A DNA stretch of 64,000 bases, from assembly GCA_965277875.1 (NCBI GenBank), contig CBDIDV010000002.1:4578997-4642996 (forward strand), written 5' to 3'. The DNA is from Chthonomonadaceae bacterium. GTDB taxonomy: Bacteria > Armatimonadota > Chthonomonadetes > Chthonomonadales > Chthonomonadaceae. Position 1 is the first letter of the stretch. Every line of letters begins with the position of its first letter. Below the pieces are notes generated by a model, which did not search any database, was not told the origin of the DNA, and saw only the letters and a program-made list of their open reading frames with translations. The position numbers and the translations under genes are program-made. Below, piece after piece: positions 20,639-29,928 of the stretch.

Positions 20639-20704
20639 ATCTGCTCCCTTATGAAAAACTATGAAGACGATTATGAAGACAATATTGATCACGCGAATGG
20701 AAGG

Positions 20705-21310
20705 CTAATCCTCGGTACGCAGCATACGATGGTGTTCGTTGATAATGTGGTCAATGCTTTGGGCCTGCCACGGCTGCCCGCCTTCGATCTGCATATAGGC
20801 GGTGTGCATCTGGCGGGCGCAGACAGAGGGCAGCATCTGGCCCGTTGCGGTTGCCAGACCGGGACACAGTACGGTTTTGATTGCGTCCTCGTGTTCTTGG
20901 TTAAACTGGCGTACTGCGCGCAGGGCAGCGCGAAACGCGAGGTAGGCGTTGGGCGTGTCGCGAACCGTGGCGGGAACGCGCATGGTGGGGGCGCTGATAA
21001 GGTACGGCAGATCGGGATCGCCGGTTTCTAGAATGACAGCCATGCCGACCGGCAGTTCGCCGTCGTACTCCTGCCGCAATTTGGCCTGAAGCCGCTCCTG
21101 CAATTGCCAGCCAAACCGCCGTGAGTACAGCAGGTCAATTCCGCCATCCATGAACCCGAAGCTGTTGGCGGGGCTGATGATGGCGTCTGCCTGGACGCCA
21201 AAAATGTCACCCCGCGCCGGTCGCGCGGCAGGCACATCCGCAAAAACATCCGTCCACGCCGCAACCAGTCTGGTGTTGATGTCCCGCAAATGGTAGATAA
21301 CTTCGGACAT
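20705..21310 (-). CDS. macro domain protein (ADP-ribose binding / processing)
   Basis: ISPANSFGFMDGGIDLLYSRRFG ... PVGMAVILETG match the macro-domain Gly-rich diphosphate loop. ATG at 21308-21310 with AAGGAG upstream. The longer ORF-track start is rejected. Confidence 0.75.
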   Translation of the reverse strand: MSEVIYHLRDINTRLVAAWTDVFADVPAARPARGDIFGVQADAIISPANSFGFMDGGIDLLYSRRFGWQLQERLQAKLRQEYDGELPVGMAVILETGDPDLPYLISAPTMRVPATVRDTPNAYLAFRAALRAVRQFNQEHEDAIKTVLCPGLATATGQMLPSVCARQMHTAYMQIEGGQPWQAQSIDHIINEHHRMLRTED

Positions 21311-21321
21311 AGTGTACTCCT

Positions 21322-21753
21322 TTACAGCAGGCTCCAGTAGCGTTCGGCGAGGAGGACAGCGACGTAATCGTCGTAAGGAAGCCAAGGGGTACGCAGGGCG
21401 AAGGGGAGCAGGCGCTGCGAGAGCGGCGGCTTGTTTTCGCGGACAAAACGCAGGCGCGCGGCCTCGGAGGTATGCGCCTCGTCTACGGATTGGATCGGCG
21501 GCTCGAAACCGGCGGAAAGCAGGGCGTTTCGTATTGGCTTCGATCCGGTCCCGTCGCCGCACAGCACGACGACAGGGCGATGCGCGGCAATCAACTCCTG
21601 TACGGAACGCATCAGGTCGTCAGGCGGCACGATGCCGCGATACAAGATCTGTCCATCCTGCCGCACGACGGCCACGCCGCACTTGGCGCGGCCCGGATCA
21701 ATCGCCAGGGCGCATGGCGGCAGGAGGTTGTCGGGGGCGGCATTCTGCTGCAT
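21322..21753 (-). CDS. YqgF/RuvX-like RNase H-fold protein (second paralog in the window)
   Basis: LAIDPGRAKCGVAVV (compare RuvX LAFDFGTKSIGVAV). VVLCGDG ... VDEAHTSEAARLRF ... DDYVAVLLAERYW parallel the RuvX motifs. Confidence 0.5.
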   Translation of the reverse strand: MQQNAAPDNLLPPCALAIDPGRAKCGVAVVRQDGQILYRGIVPPDDLMRSVQELIAAHRPVVVLCGDGTGSKPIRNALLSAGFEPPIQSVDEAHTSEAARLRFVRENKPPLSQRLLPFALRTPWLPYDDYVAVLLAERYWSLL

Positions 21754-21806
21754 GATATATTCCGCCTTCTGCTGCCTGCTTACCGCAGAACCTGTATTGA
21801 CCGCGC

Positions 21807-23510
21807 CTACTTGCCGGAAAAGCCGCGCAGGATCGGTGAGGGATTCAGCGACGAATTGACGGACGGGCTAGCGCCGTCGGCCTGCGCGGTCATGCCTGCG
21901 CGCGCCGGGGCGGTCTGCAGGCCCAGATGCGCGCTGTCCAGCGGGTCGGCGGATGATGTGGGGATGAGAGCCACGGCCTTGATCTGCACATTGCCGCCCA
22001 TGCGCCGCACACGCGCCGTCAGTTGGCCGAGCGCGACGCTGTTGAACACGCCGACTTCCTTGCTGCCCGTCGTCGGATTGACGCGGGGAATGCTGCCCGC
22101 CCGCACCGCCGCGCCCCGAACGTCCTGCTGCAAAAACTCCGTGATCGCTTCCGTAACGCGCTCCGAGGGTTGAGACGCGTTGATGATGCGCGTGGCGACG
22201 ACCTCGTTCTTGTCGAATACGCGCCGCACTTCAAACGGGTGCAGTTCCAATAGCGCCTGCTCGCCCCTCACACAGTTGTTCAGCGAATTGGCGACGACCA
22301 CGACCGGCGCGCTGCTGGCGGCGATGTTTTCGGACAGGGCGTTCAGGCTGTCGGCCTCGTCGGTCTCCTGCATATTGCGGGGCGTGACGACGCGCTTGCT
22401 GATGATGCGTACCGCCCGCCCGTTTGCGCCCCGCCCCGCGCCATACACGCCCTCGGCGGTATCGCTGGCGTCTTCCAGTAGCTGCGTGATCTGACGCCGC
22501 GCTTCCTCCTGGCTGAGATGCGCGGACAAGGTGCGCCGGGACAGTTCCGCGCCCGCCCGTATATTGATTTCGCCCTGTCGGAGAGCGTGGTAGTTCTGCG
22601 TGAAGGCTTGTTCCGCCCCGGCAAGCTGCGTATACGCCTGATCGAGCTGGCGGTTGACCTTGTCCAGTTCCGCCTGCTTGCGGGCGATGTCGGCCTGCCT
22701 GCGCGCGAGATCGGCCTGTATGCTGCGGTTGTTGTCGTCCAGAAAATCGCCCTGTTTGCGGATGCGCTCAATCGCGCCCGTGACCTGGCTGACGTTCTGC
22801 GTCAAACGCGCCTGCTCCTGCTGCCGCTCCTTGTTGACCTGCTCCAGTTGCTTGATGGACGCCGATAACTGCTCATTTTGATTAGTTTTGTCTTTGATCC
22901 GCCCGATTAATTCTTTGCCGTAGACTTCTACGCGCCGGTTTTCGGCGATCTTCTCCTGCAGGTCGGCGGACTTGCGCGCGATGTCGGCGCGTTTCTGTGT
23001 CAGGGTCGCCTGCAAAGCGGTCTGCGTGGCCTGAAGTTTGGCAATGGCAGCCTGTTTGGGAGCGATCTCCCTGCGGGCCGCTTCCAGGTCACTTTTGCTG
23101 CGCGCCAGCAAGCTCCGGTCAGCGGTCAGTTCGCTGCTGTCTTTAGCGAGTTCCGATTGAACGCGGGCCTGTTCCAATTTGTACTGTGCGGCCTGCTCGG
23201 CAAACTTTTGCGCCTGCGTCTTGCGCTCCACGACCAGACTCACGTTCAGGCGCTTGTTCTCGTCAATCGCCCGCTCGCCATACAGCACCACCTTTTGCAC
23301 CGTGGGAAAGGCGATAAAGACCGTGATGATACTGAGCAGCGCAATGAACCCGCCCGTCAGCGTGGTAATCAGGATGGCCGTATACTTGGGACGCAGGCCG
23401 AGCCAGCGCACCCGCTTTTTGCCCCAGCGCCTGCCCTGTAAATCGCCGTAATAGGAGATAAACCCGCCCAATACCACCATCAGCAGCAGGGCGAGTATAG
23501 TCCAGAACAT
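21807..23510 (-). CDS. membrane-anchored long coiled-coil protein (DUF3084-like)
   Basis: Two N-terminal TM helices, a ~270-aa heptad-rich coiled coil and a C-terminal globular domain. ATG at 23508-23510. Confidence 0.5.
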   Translation of the reverse strand: MFWTILALLLMVVLGGFISYYGDLQGRRWGKKRVRWLGLRPKYTAILITTLTGGFIALLSIITVFIAFPTVQKVVLYGERAIDENKRLNVSLVVERKTQAQKFAEQAAQYKLEQARVQSELAKDSSELTADRSLLARSKSDLEAARREIAPKQAAIAKLQATQTALQATLTQKRADIARKSADLQEKIAENRRVEVYGKELIGRIKDKTNQNEQLSASIKQLEQVNKERQQEQARLTQNVSQVTGAIERIRKQGDFLDDNNRSIQADLARRQADIARKQAELDKVNRQLDQAYTQLAGAEQAFTQNYHALRQGEINIRAGAELSRRTLSAHLSQEEARRQITQLLEDASDTAEGVYGAGRGANGRAVRIISKRVVTPRNMQETDEADSLNALSENIAASSAPVVVVANSLNNCVRGEQALLELHPFEVRRVFDKNEVVATRIINASQPSERVTEAITEFLQQDVRGAAVRAGSIPRVNPTTGSKEVGVFNSVALGQLTARVRRMGGNVQIKAVALIPTSSADPLDSAHLGLQTAPARAGMTAQADGASPSVNSSLNPSPILRGFSGK

Positions 23511-23602
23511 GAAAGTCCTCCTGCGGGGGGAGATAACACATATGAGATAAGAGCTAGGAGGTGACAACAGGGCAGGTCTCTGCTATTCCCTGTTGTCTTC
23601 TC

Positions 23603-24757
23603 CTACCTGGATGCGCGCAGGGCCAGGATGAGGCCCAACGTCAAGCCTACGATGTCGGCGAGAAACGCGGCCAGCATGGGCGGCACGCTGCCGCTTGCGC
23701 CCGCCACCCACATGGCGCGATAAAAAACCCAGTACGCGAACACGATGCTCAGGGCCATGCCAAATCCGACCGTGCGGCTGGCTCCCCGCGAGGTGTTGAT
23801 GCCCAGCGCGGCCCCGACGATCCCAAAAATGATGCTGGCGAGCGGCAGGGCGATCTTGCCGTACAAATCTACCTCTTTGCCTTTGACATCGGCAAGATGA
23901 TTATTGGCGTAATCCGAGCGAATGTCGTAGCGCAGTTCGCGGAAACTTTTGGTGTCGTTGTCTATGCGCTGCATACTCATCAACTCATCCAGCGACTTGC
24001 CCATCTTGGCTCCGCCGGGAAGGGTGTCCAGCGTGTCGAAATCCAGAACCTGCACACTTTCCAGTTTGCCCGTATCCTTGTTCCAGACCGTGGTTTTCGC
24101 GCTGCCGTTAAAGTATTTCCAGTCCAGGCCGCTTGTGCTGCGCGCAAGCGCGCGTTCGCAGTACACTTCGACCTCGGCCTGCCCGCTGTGGGCCGGGTCT
24201 TTGCTGTACTTGATGAGCGTGACGCCGTGCGCCGTTTTGGTGCTACGGTCGAAGCCGTGATCTATCTTGATGAAGCTCTCGACCGTGGATTTGTCATCGG
24301 ACATCACGGGAAGCGCAAGCGCCTTGTCCTGACCGGCCCGCGTTGTGACCGCGTCCTGCTTCAGCTTGTAGGCCGCGCGGCTGCACGGCGGCACGACCAA
24401 TTCGTTCCACGCAAATGCGGACAGACTGACGACAATGCCCATCAGCAGTACGCCTCGCATCATGCGCGGGAAACTCACGCCTGCCGCGAAAATGGCAATC
24501 GCTTCCTTGTCCGCGCTTAATCGCCCAAATCCGAGCAGGGACGCGAGCAGCATCGCCATCGGGAACGTCTGCGTTACGATGCTGGGCAGCACATACACGA
24601 TGAAGCGCAGCACGGTCAGCGGCGGCACTCCCTGCACGAGCAGCGTGGTCGCCTGAAACAAGAACCCCGCCGTGAAGACCAGAAGCAGGAACATGAACAT
24701 GCCGTTGATGAACGGCCCGATGAGGTCCTTCAAAATCACTTTGTCAATCAGACGCAT
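23603..24757 (-). CDS. LPS export ABC permease, LptF/LptG (YjgP/YjgQ) family
   Basis: Six-TM permease fold with a periplasmic beta-jellyroll insert. Adjacent to lptB. Confidence 0.8.
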   Translation of the reverse strand: MRLIDKVILKDLIGPFINGMFMFLLLVFTAGFLFQATTLLVQGVPPLTVLRFIVYVLPSIVTQTFPMAMLLASLLGFGRLSADKEAIAIFAAGVSFPRMMRGVLLMGIVVSLSAFAWNELVVPPCSRAAYKLKQDAVTTRAGQDKALALPVMSDDKSTVESFIKIDHGFDRSTKTAHGVTLIKYSKDPAHSGQAEVEVYCERALARSTSGLDWKYFNGSAKTTVWNKDTGKLESVQVLDFDTLDTLPGGAKMGKSLDELMSMQRIDNDTKSFRELRYDIRSDYANNHLADVKGKEVDLYGKIALPLASIIFGIVGAALGINTSRGASRTVGFGMALSIVFAYWVFYRAMWVAGASGSVPPMLAAFLADIVGLTLGLILALRASR

Positions 24758-25653
24758 TATTTCTCGTCCTCATCTTTTCGATCCTCTTTTTTCTGTTCAT
24801 CTTCTTTTCGTTTATCTTCCCGTTCGTCGTCCTGTTCCTCCGGGCGCTTTAATTCGTTTTTTAGCTCTTCCTCGGCGGCGCGGCGCGCGGCGTCCTCGGC
24901 GTCCAGCCGCTGCGACTGTCCAAAGCGCTCGCCGAAATAGGTGCTGCGGGCTATGGAGTCGTGCATCAGTTCGCGGGACAGGCCCGTGACGCGTATCTGC
25001 CCGTCGGCGACGATATACGCCCGCTGCGTGATACGCAGCATGGCCTCGACATTGTGATCGGTGATCAGGATACCGATTTTGTCCGCCGATTGCGTCAGGC
25101 TGATGATGATGTCCTCAATGTCCTCGATGGCTTTGGGGTCAACGCCCGTAAATGGCTCGTCCAGAAGGATGAATTTCGGGTTGGAGGCCAGGGCGCGGGC
25201 GATCTCGACGCGTCTGCGCTGCCCGCCCGAAAGCGTCCGCGCCACCTGATGCCGTAAGGGTTCGACGTGCAGCTGCTCCATCAATTCATTGGCCCGATTT
25301 TTGCGCTGGGCGCGGGACATGCGCTGCATCTGCAACACCAGATGAATGTTTTCCTCGACGCTCAGGTTGCGGAAAACCGACGCTTCCTGCGGCAGATAAC
25401 TAATACCGGCCCTGGCCCGCTTGTACATCGGGCGGCGCGTAATGTCCTGGCCGTCGAGCAGCACAGATCCCCGCTGCGGCTTGACAAGGCCGACGATCAT
25501 GTAAAAGGTCGTGGTTTTGCCCGCGCCATTGGGGCCAAGCAGGCCGACGACTTCGCCCTGCCGCACTTCGAGCGAGATGCCGTCCACGACGCGCCGCCCC
25601 CGGTACGCCTTGACCAGATTCTTTGCGGTTATTTCAAGCAGTTGTTCGGACAT
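24757..25653 (-). CDS. lptB: LPS export ABC transporter ATP-binding protein with ~55-aa charged C-terminal tail
   Basis: GPNGAGKTT Walker A, LSGGQRRRVEIARAL signature and ILLDEPF Walker B. The extra tail is DAEDAARRAAEEELKNELKRPEEQDDEREDKRKEDEQKKEDRKDEDEK. Confidence 0.9.
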   Translation of the reverse strand: MSEQLLEITAKNLVKAYRGRRVVDGISLEVRQGEVVGLLGPNGAGKTTTFYMIVGLVKPQRGSVLLDGQDITRRPMYKRARAGISYLPQEASVFRNLSVEENIHLVLQMQRMSRAQRKNRANELMEQLHVEPLRHQVARTLSGGQRRRVEIARALASNPKFILLDEPFTGVDPKAIEDIEDIIISLTQSADKIGILITDHNVEAMLRITQRAYIVADGQIRVTGLSRELMHDSIARSTYFGERFGQSQRLDAEDAARRAAEEELKNELKRPEEQDDEREDKRKEDEQKKEDRKDEDEK

Positions 25654-25674
25654 AGTTGTTATTGCACAATGGGC

Positions 25675-25736
25675 GGGTACAGAAAACGTACCCGCCTCGG
25701 AGGGCTTCGCCCAAGCGTCCTCGCGGACGCGATGCG
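25675..25736. repeat. REP-like element (family R5)
   Basis: gggtacagaaaacgtacccgcctcggagggcttcgcccaagcgtcctcgcggacgcgatgc. Related copies at 42871-42930 and 58685-58841. Confidence 0.55.
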
Positions 25737-25853
25737 GGCCAGGATGTCACTTAACCCAAGTTGCTACCTCGACTCTTTGATCTCGACGCTTTAGCGCAAA
25801 ATGCCGTTCTTACAACGTTGCTATCTCAAAGACGTTTCAAGATAGCAACCGGG

Positions 25854-27815
25854 TTACTTACGTTTCTTTTTAGTTGGCTTCTTCGCTGAGGCCATGCCTG
25901 CATCGGCAGGCTGCGAGCCGGGCGAATTACGAAAGTGGTTGACTAGCGTACCTGTTCTCTGAGGCGTATCGTACTTCAGATCGCGGGTCAGCAGATTGTA
26001 CGTGAATATATCGTCTGGCTGGCTGCCGGTTCCATCTGTAACCCCATCCGGCGTGGCAAGGGTGATCTTGGTAACGCCCAGCACTTTGATGATCTGTGAC
26101 TGTGCGCCGCTATCGGTGACGTTGTCGGTAAATAGTACCGTGCTGCCGGCTCCGGTCAGGGTCTGCGCGCCGCCTTTTTTCAGTGGCTGCTGAAACTTGT
26201 ACGTGACATTGTTGGTGGCCCGCGCCTCGCGCAGCGCGGTCACTTTGTGGGTTTTGTTGTCTTTGCCCTTGACCTCAGTGACGACGAAATCCGCTTCCAG
26301 GTGCGGCGTGTTGATTTCGGCGTCGCTCTTGGTGGCCGGGTCATTGGACACGAAATGTACGCGTGGGCCTTCCACAAGCAGACTTTTTTCCGGGATGTAC
26401 GTGGCGGTCTGAAAGGCGGTCACGACAATATCGCCGATGACGAACGGCGTTGTTTTGCCGGATGTGGGGAACACGATATCGCTTGGTAGACCGGGCGGCT
26501 GTGCGTTCGGCTCCTCTTCGGGCGGCGCGGCGTTGATAACGGGCGGGTTGGCTGCGTCGGGCGCACTATTGGCGGCAGGCGGGACAGGCGCGTTGGCGGG
26601 CCGCACATTCGCTCCCTCCAAGGGGGTTGGCGCAGGCCTGGTTCCTGCCGCCTGTCCGACGGGCGGCGTGGTGCGAGGCGCGAAACTCAGGCGCGTGTGT
26701 TCGGGCGAGCCGGTCACGACATAGCGCGGATCGTCGCCCATCGTGGCCGTAACCCGCGTAGCCGTGAGCGTGGCGGGTTCTTTCAGCGTGGCGGGATCGG
26801 TCAGGCCGGCATTTACGCCGCCCTCCAGGATGAGCGGCTGGCCGCGCTGCGACGTGATCTGCCCCGCCGTGCCTGTCAGCGTCTGCATATTGCCCTGCGC
26901 GGTCGTGCGGCGGCAGTCGAATGTGACGCCCCCGGTCGCGGCAAGACTGTCCTTGTCTTTCTCCAGGCCGGCCACAAAATGGGGCGCTTTGAAAACATTG
27001 TGGCTTTTGTCCTGCGGGTTGTCAGACTCGATCACGACGAGCGGCCCATCAAATCGCGCCGCCTTGCCCGTATCTACATCGCCGCTCGCAAAACCATGCG
27101 CGTGAACCGTGCCGGGCTGAAACGCGAATGCGCGTTTTTTGCCGTCGGCCTTTTTGCCATTTGCTTCACCACCCGTCTTTTGGTCGGGGGGGGGCAGGGG
27201 CGTAAACCGTATGTCGTTCAGGGCCGCGCTGCCGGCTACATGGTAGCGGCCTTCACCTGGCATGACCAGGCTGCCGACGCTCAGAACGGCGGGGTTGAGA
27301 AAACGTGAAGGATCGGTCAGCGTAGCGTGGACATCGTCCAGCAGGCGCAGGGTCTTGTCGGCCTGTTGATAGGTGGCGCGGCGTGCCGTGCCTTGAATTA
27401 CGCGCTCGAAAATGCGCCCGCCCAGCTTTACCTGCTCTGTGATGGTATAGCGCACATTGCCGATTAGGTCTGCCGAGCCATTGCCGCCGCTCGCCTGGTG
27501 CGTCGTGATGTGGTCGGCCAGGACGAGAAGATGCAGGGTGCGTTTCTTGTCCGTCGTTTCAACCTTGATGTCGGGGCCTTCCAGCGTAGAGTTCTTGAAG
27601 CCGTCCGGGCTGGTGAGACTGCGATAGTCGGTAATAGTAACGTCGCCGATTTGCGTTTTATTCGGGTTTTTCGCGACGGCAGGCTTTGACGCTCCTGATT
27701 TCGCTCCCCCCATCGGCTGCGTGGCGGGCGCGGGCGGCGCGGCGGACGCGAGACGAGGCACGACGCCCGCCATCAGCAGCAAGGCACACGGTTTTATTGG
27801 GGCGAACATTCTCAT
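25854..27815 (-). CDS. LptA/OstA-like periplasmic protein, unusually large (about 650 aa) with Pro/Ala-rich linker
   Basis: Signal peptide MRMFAPIKPCALLLMAGVVPRLASA. Repeated OstA-like beta-jellyroll segments. Located between the lptC-like and lptB genes. Confidence 0.55.
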   Translation of the reverse strand: MRMFAPIKPCALLLMAGVVPRLASAAPPAPATQPMGGAKSGASKPAVAKNPNKTQIGDVTITDYRSLTSPDGFKNSTLEGPDIKVETTDKKRTLHLLVLADHITTHQASGGNGSADLIGNVRYTITEQVKLGGRIFERVIQGTARRATYQQADKTLRLLDDVHATLTDPSRFLNPAVLSVGSLVMPGEGRYHVAGSAALNDIRFTPLPPPDQKTGGEANGKKADGKKRAFAFQPGTVHAHGFASGDVDTGKAARFDGPLVVIESDNPQDKSHNVFKAPHFVAGLEKDKDSLAATGGVTFDCRRTTAQGNMQTLTGTAGQITSQRGQPLILEGGVNAGLTDPATLKEPATLTATRVTATMGDDPRYVVTGSPEHTRLSFAPRTTPPVGQAAGTRPAPTPLEGANVRPANAPVPPAANSAPDAANPPVINAAPPEEEPNAQPPGLPSDIVFPTSGKTTPFVIGDIVVTAFQTATYIPEKSLLVEGPRVHFVSNDPATKSDAEINTPHLEADFVVTEVKGKDNKTHKVTALREARATNNVTYKFQQPLKKGGAQTLTGAGSTVLFTDNVTDSGAQSQIIKVLGVTKITLATPDGVTDGTGSQPDDIFTYNLLTRDLKYDTPQRTGTLVNHFRNSPGSQPADAGMASAKKPTKKKRK

Positions 27816-27844
27816 AATTCGTCTTTCAGAGAGAACAGGCCAGA

Positions 27845-28498
27845 TCAATGCAGATTATTGTCGCTGCGAAACGTGCGTTTGGCCGTGTCGTAGAGAATGC
27901 GGTTCGACTGAGTGCTTACGTCCGGCGAACCCGGCTGTGTGCGGAACAAGCGCGCATTCCCTGTACAAACCACCTGCGTGGTATGCGAGTCCCACTTCAC
28001 TTTATCCGCCTGTACGGTCGTGTCGGAGGGTTTGGCCTTTTGTCCCGGCGCGGTCATCGGGTCTAAAACGGAATGGAGGGTCACGCCGCCCGTGGCGATA
28101 AGGATGCGGTCGCGCTCGTTCGTCGTGACAAAAGGCGCGTCGAGTGTGGCGGACGGCTGGCCCTCATGGTAAAAAGTGGCGTGAACGTCGCGCAGGTGAA
28201 CGGTCAGCACGTTCTGCTTGCCCACCGTTTTGTTGTCCATCAAGCCCTGCCGCGCATCGGCGACAAGAATGCGCCGGGGTGGGGCCGTGGGGTTTTTAGG
28301 ATCGGGCGCATACCAGGGGATATGCCAGCCGGTTCCCTGCACGGCCCCCGGCAAGATTATATCTTTCGCCGCCTGCTTCAATTTGGCTCGGCTTGCCCCG
28401 CCGTGCAACGCCGCCATGTCCGGCCCGGACTTCGGTACGCCGCATCCGCCGACAATAATGAGACCACAAGCAATTATGTTTTGTGCTGACTTGTTCAA
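27845..28498 (-). CDS. LptC-like protein (lipoprotein-type N-terminus), TTG start
   Basis: IIACGLIIVGGCG hydrophobic/lipobox N-terminus and a beta-jellyroll-like body. Position upstream of the lptA-like gene. Confidence 0.45.
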   Translation of the reverse strand: MNKSAQNIIACGLIIVGGCGVPKSGPDMAALHGGASRAKLKQAAKDIILPGAVQGTGWHIPWYAPDPKNPTAPPRRILVADARQGLMDNKTVGKQNVLTVHLRDVHATFYHEGQPSATLDAPFVTTNERDRILIATGGVTLHSVLDPMTAPGQKAKPSDTTVQADKVKWDSHTTQVVCTGNARLFRTQPGSPDVSTQSNRILYDTAKRTFRSDNNLH

Positions 28499-28520
28499 GC
28501 GGTAGTTCGTTTCACTTCTT

Positions 28521-28666
28521 GTCTTGAACTCGGATTACACGGATTGAATGGATGACCATGATGTTTGTACCCAACTCTGCCCTGTTGGATTGTAGAACAG
28601 GCTGCTACAAACGGCATATCTAATCCTGTCCATCCTATAAATCCGTGTAATCCGAGTTCAAGACAA
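28521..28666. repeat. palindromic element (family R3) with 27-bp perfect terminal inverted repeats
   Basis: gtcttgaactcggattacacggatt ... aatccgtgtaatccgagttcaagacaac. The interior contains taatcctgtccatcctataaatcc, shared with family R2. Confidence 0.65.
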
Positions 28667-28670
28667 CACA

Positions 28671-29891
28671 TTACTCCGGCGAACCCGGACGCTGCGCGTG
28701 TACCCAGGCGTCGAAGTCGTCGTCCTGGGTTTCCAACAAGTCAGTCTCTTCTTGGAGTGTCTCAAGACGGAACCGCATAGCCGTCGCTTTCAAGTTGGCT
28801 TCGAGCAAAATTGCCTTCCATGTGCGAGCGCCGATACGCTCTTCTTGCTGCCGTATTCGTTCCTTTGTTTGTTCCGCAGCCTGCGTAGCCTGAACAAGCA
28901 GCGATTGCATTACAGGTAATATCTGTTCATGCTGTCGCTTTTCCCTGTAGAATTGCCGGGCCAATTCACGGTTGCCCTGGTCGAGCGTCTGCAAGGCTTT
29001 GCGGCTATACTCCTCATTAAGCTTTGCATGTCTGGCAACCTGACTTGTCAGATTGTTCTTGTAAGTCAGAGCGCGAATGGCATACTCGCGGTTCCTGATC
29101 TGGTTTTCCTTCAGGTCAATCACGGCCTGCCGCAAAATCGTTTCGACCGACACGCTCGCATCGTCCTGCTCGTCCGCCTCTGCCGTATTCAGAGGCAGGA
29201 TGTACTCGGCCAGATCAGCCAGCCGCTTGTTGAGAACAGACTGATACTCTTCCGGTGTAACGCCCCGCTCCTGCGCCCGCGCGGCAACTACGGCGTCGAA
29301 CTGCGGCGACTCGTTTACGGCGGCAGAAGGTAGGCCCGTCGGGGAGGCGTCTGTTACGTCCTGTGCCTCGTTCCCCTCTTTGCTTCCCTGTACTGCGGCA
29401 TCATCCGCTGAGATGTCGGCTGCGAGCGGCTGGTCGTAATCGCCCGATGCGAGGGCATCCAGCGTGTCGCTCAGGATGTTCGGAAGTGGGGGCGTTTCCT
29501 CGGTGCTGGCGGGTGCGTTGAATATCGGCGGCTTGGGCGCTTCGGCGGGCTGCATTTTGAGCAGGTCTTCGAGGTCGCGGATGCTGCGCTTCACTTCCTC
29601 TACGCTGGTTTCGATGCCTGCCAGTTCCCCGCGCCGCGTTTGAAGTTCCTGGTCGGCAGCGACTTTGGCTTGAAGGCGCAGTTTGGCGGTTCCCCGGTTG
29701 CCGTCGCGCAGGGCTTCGGTCGCCTCGCGCTCCAGGGTGGCTGTCCGCTGCTCCAATCGCTCCACTTCGACATGCAGATCGTTGCGGCGCGTGATGGCGT
29801 TCATGAGCGCGGCGCGGTTCTGCTCCTGCATGGCCCTCAGATCAAGGGCGGAATTCTCCGGCATACGTTCACTCTCCAGCCAAATTGTCAA
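28671..29891 (-). CDS. PspA/IM30-family protein with ~215-aa N-terminal coiled-coil/acidic extension
   Basis: The C-terminal 190 aa, ETILRQAVIDLKENQIRNREYAIRALTY...RELARQFYREK..., follow the PspA/Vipp1 helix pattern. The N-terminal half is coiled coil plus a D/E-rich linker. Confidence 0.55.
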   Translation of the reverse strand: MTIWLESERMPENSALDLRAMQEQNRAALMNAITRRNDLHVEVERLEQRTATLEREATEALRDGNRGTAKLRLQAKVAADQELQTRRGELAGIETSVEEVKRSIRDLEDLLKMQPAEAPKPPIFNAPASTEETPPLPNILSDTLDALASGDYDQPLAADISADDAAVQGSKEGNEAQDVTDASPTGLPSAAVNESPQFDAVVAARAQERGVTPEEYQSVLNKRLADLAEYILPLNTAEADEQDDASVSVETILRQAVIDLKENQIRNREYAIRALTYKNNLTSQVARHAKLNEEYSRKALQTLDQGNRELARQFYREKRQHEQILPVMQSLLVQATQAAEQTKERIRQQEERIGARTWKAILLEANLKATAMRFRLETLQEETDLLETQDDDFDAWVHAQRPGSPE

Positions 29892-29928
29892 GTATTCAAC
29901 TGTTCTACGACAGAGTTTGCGATGCCGC

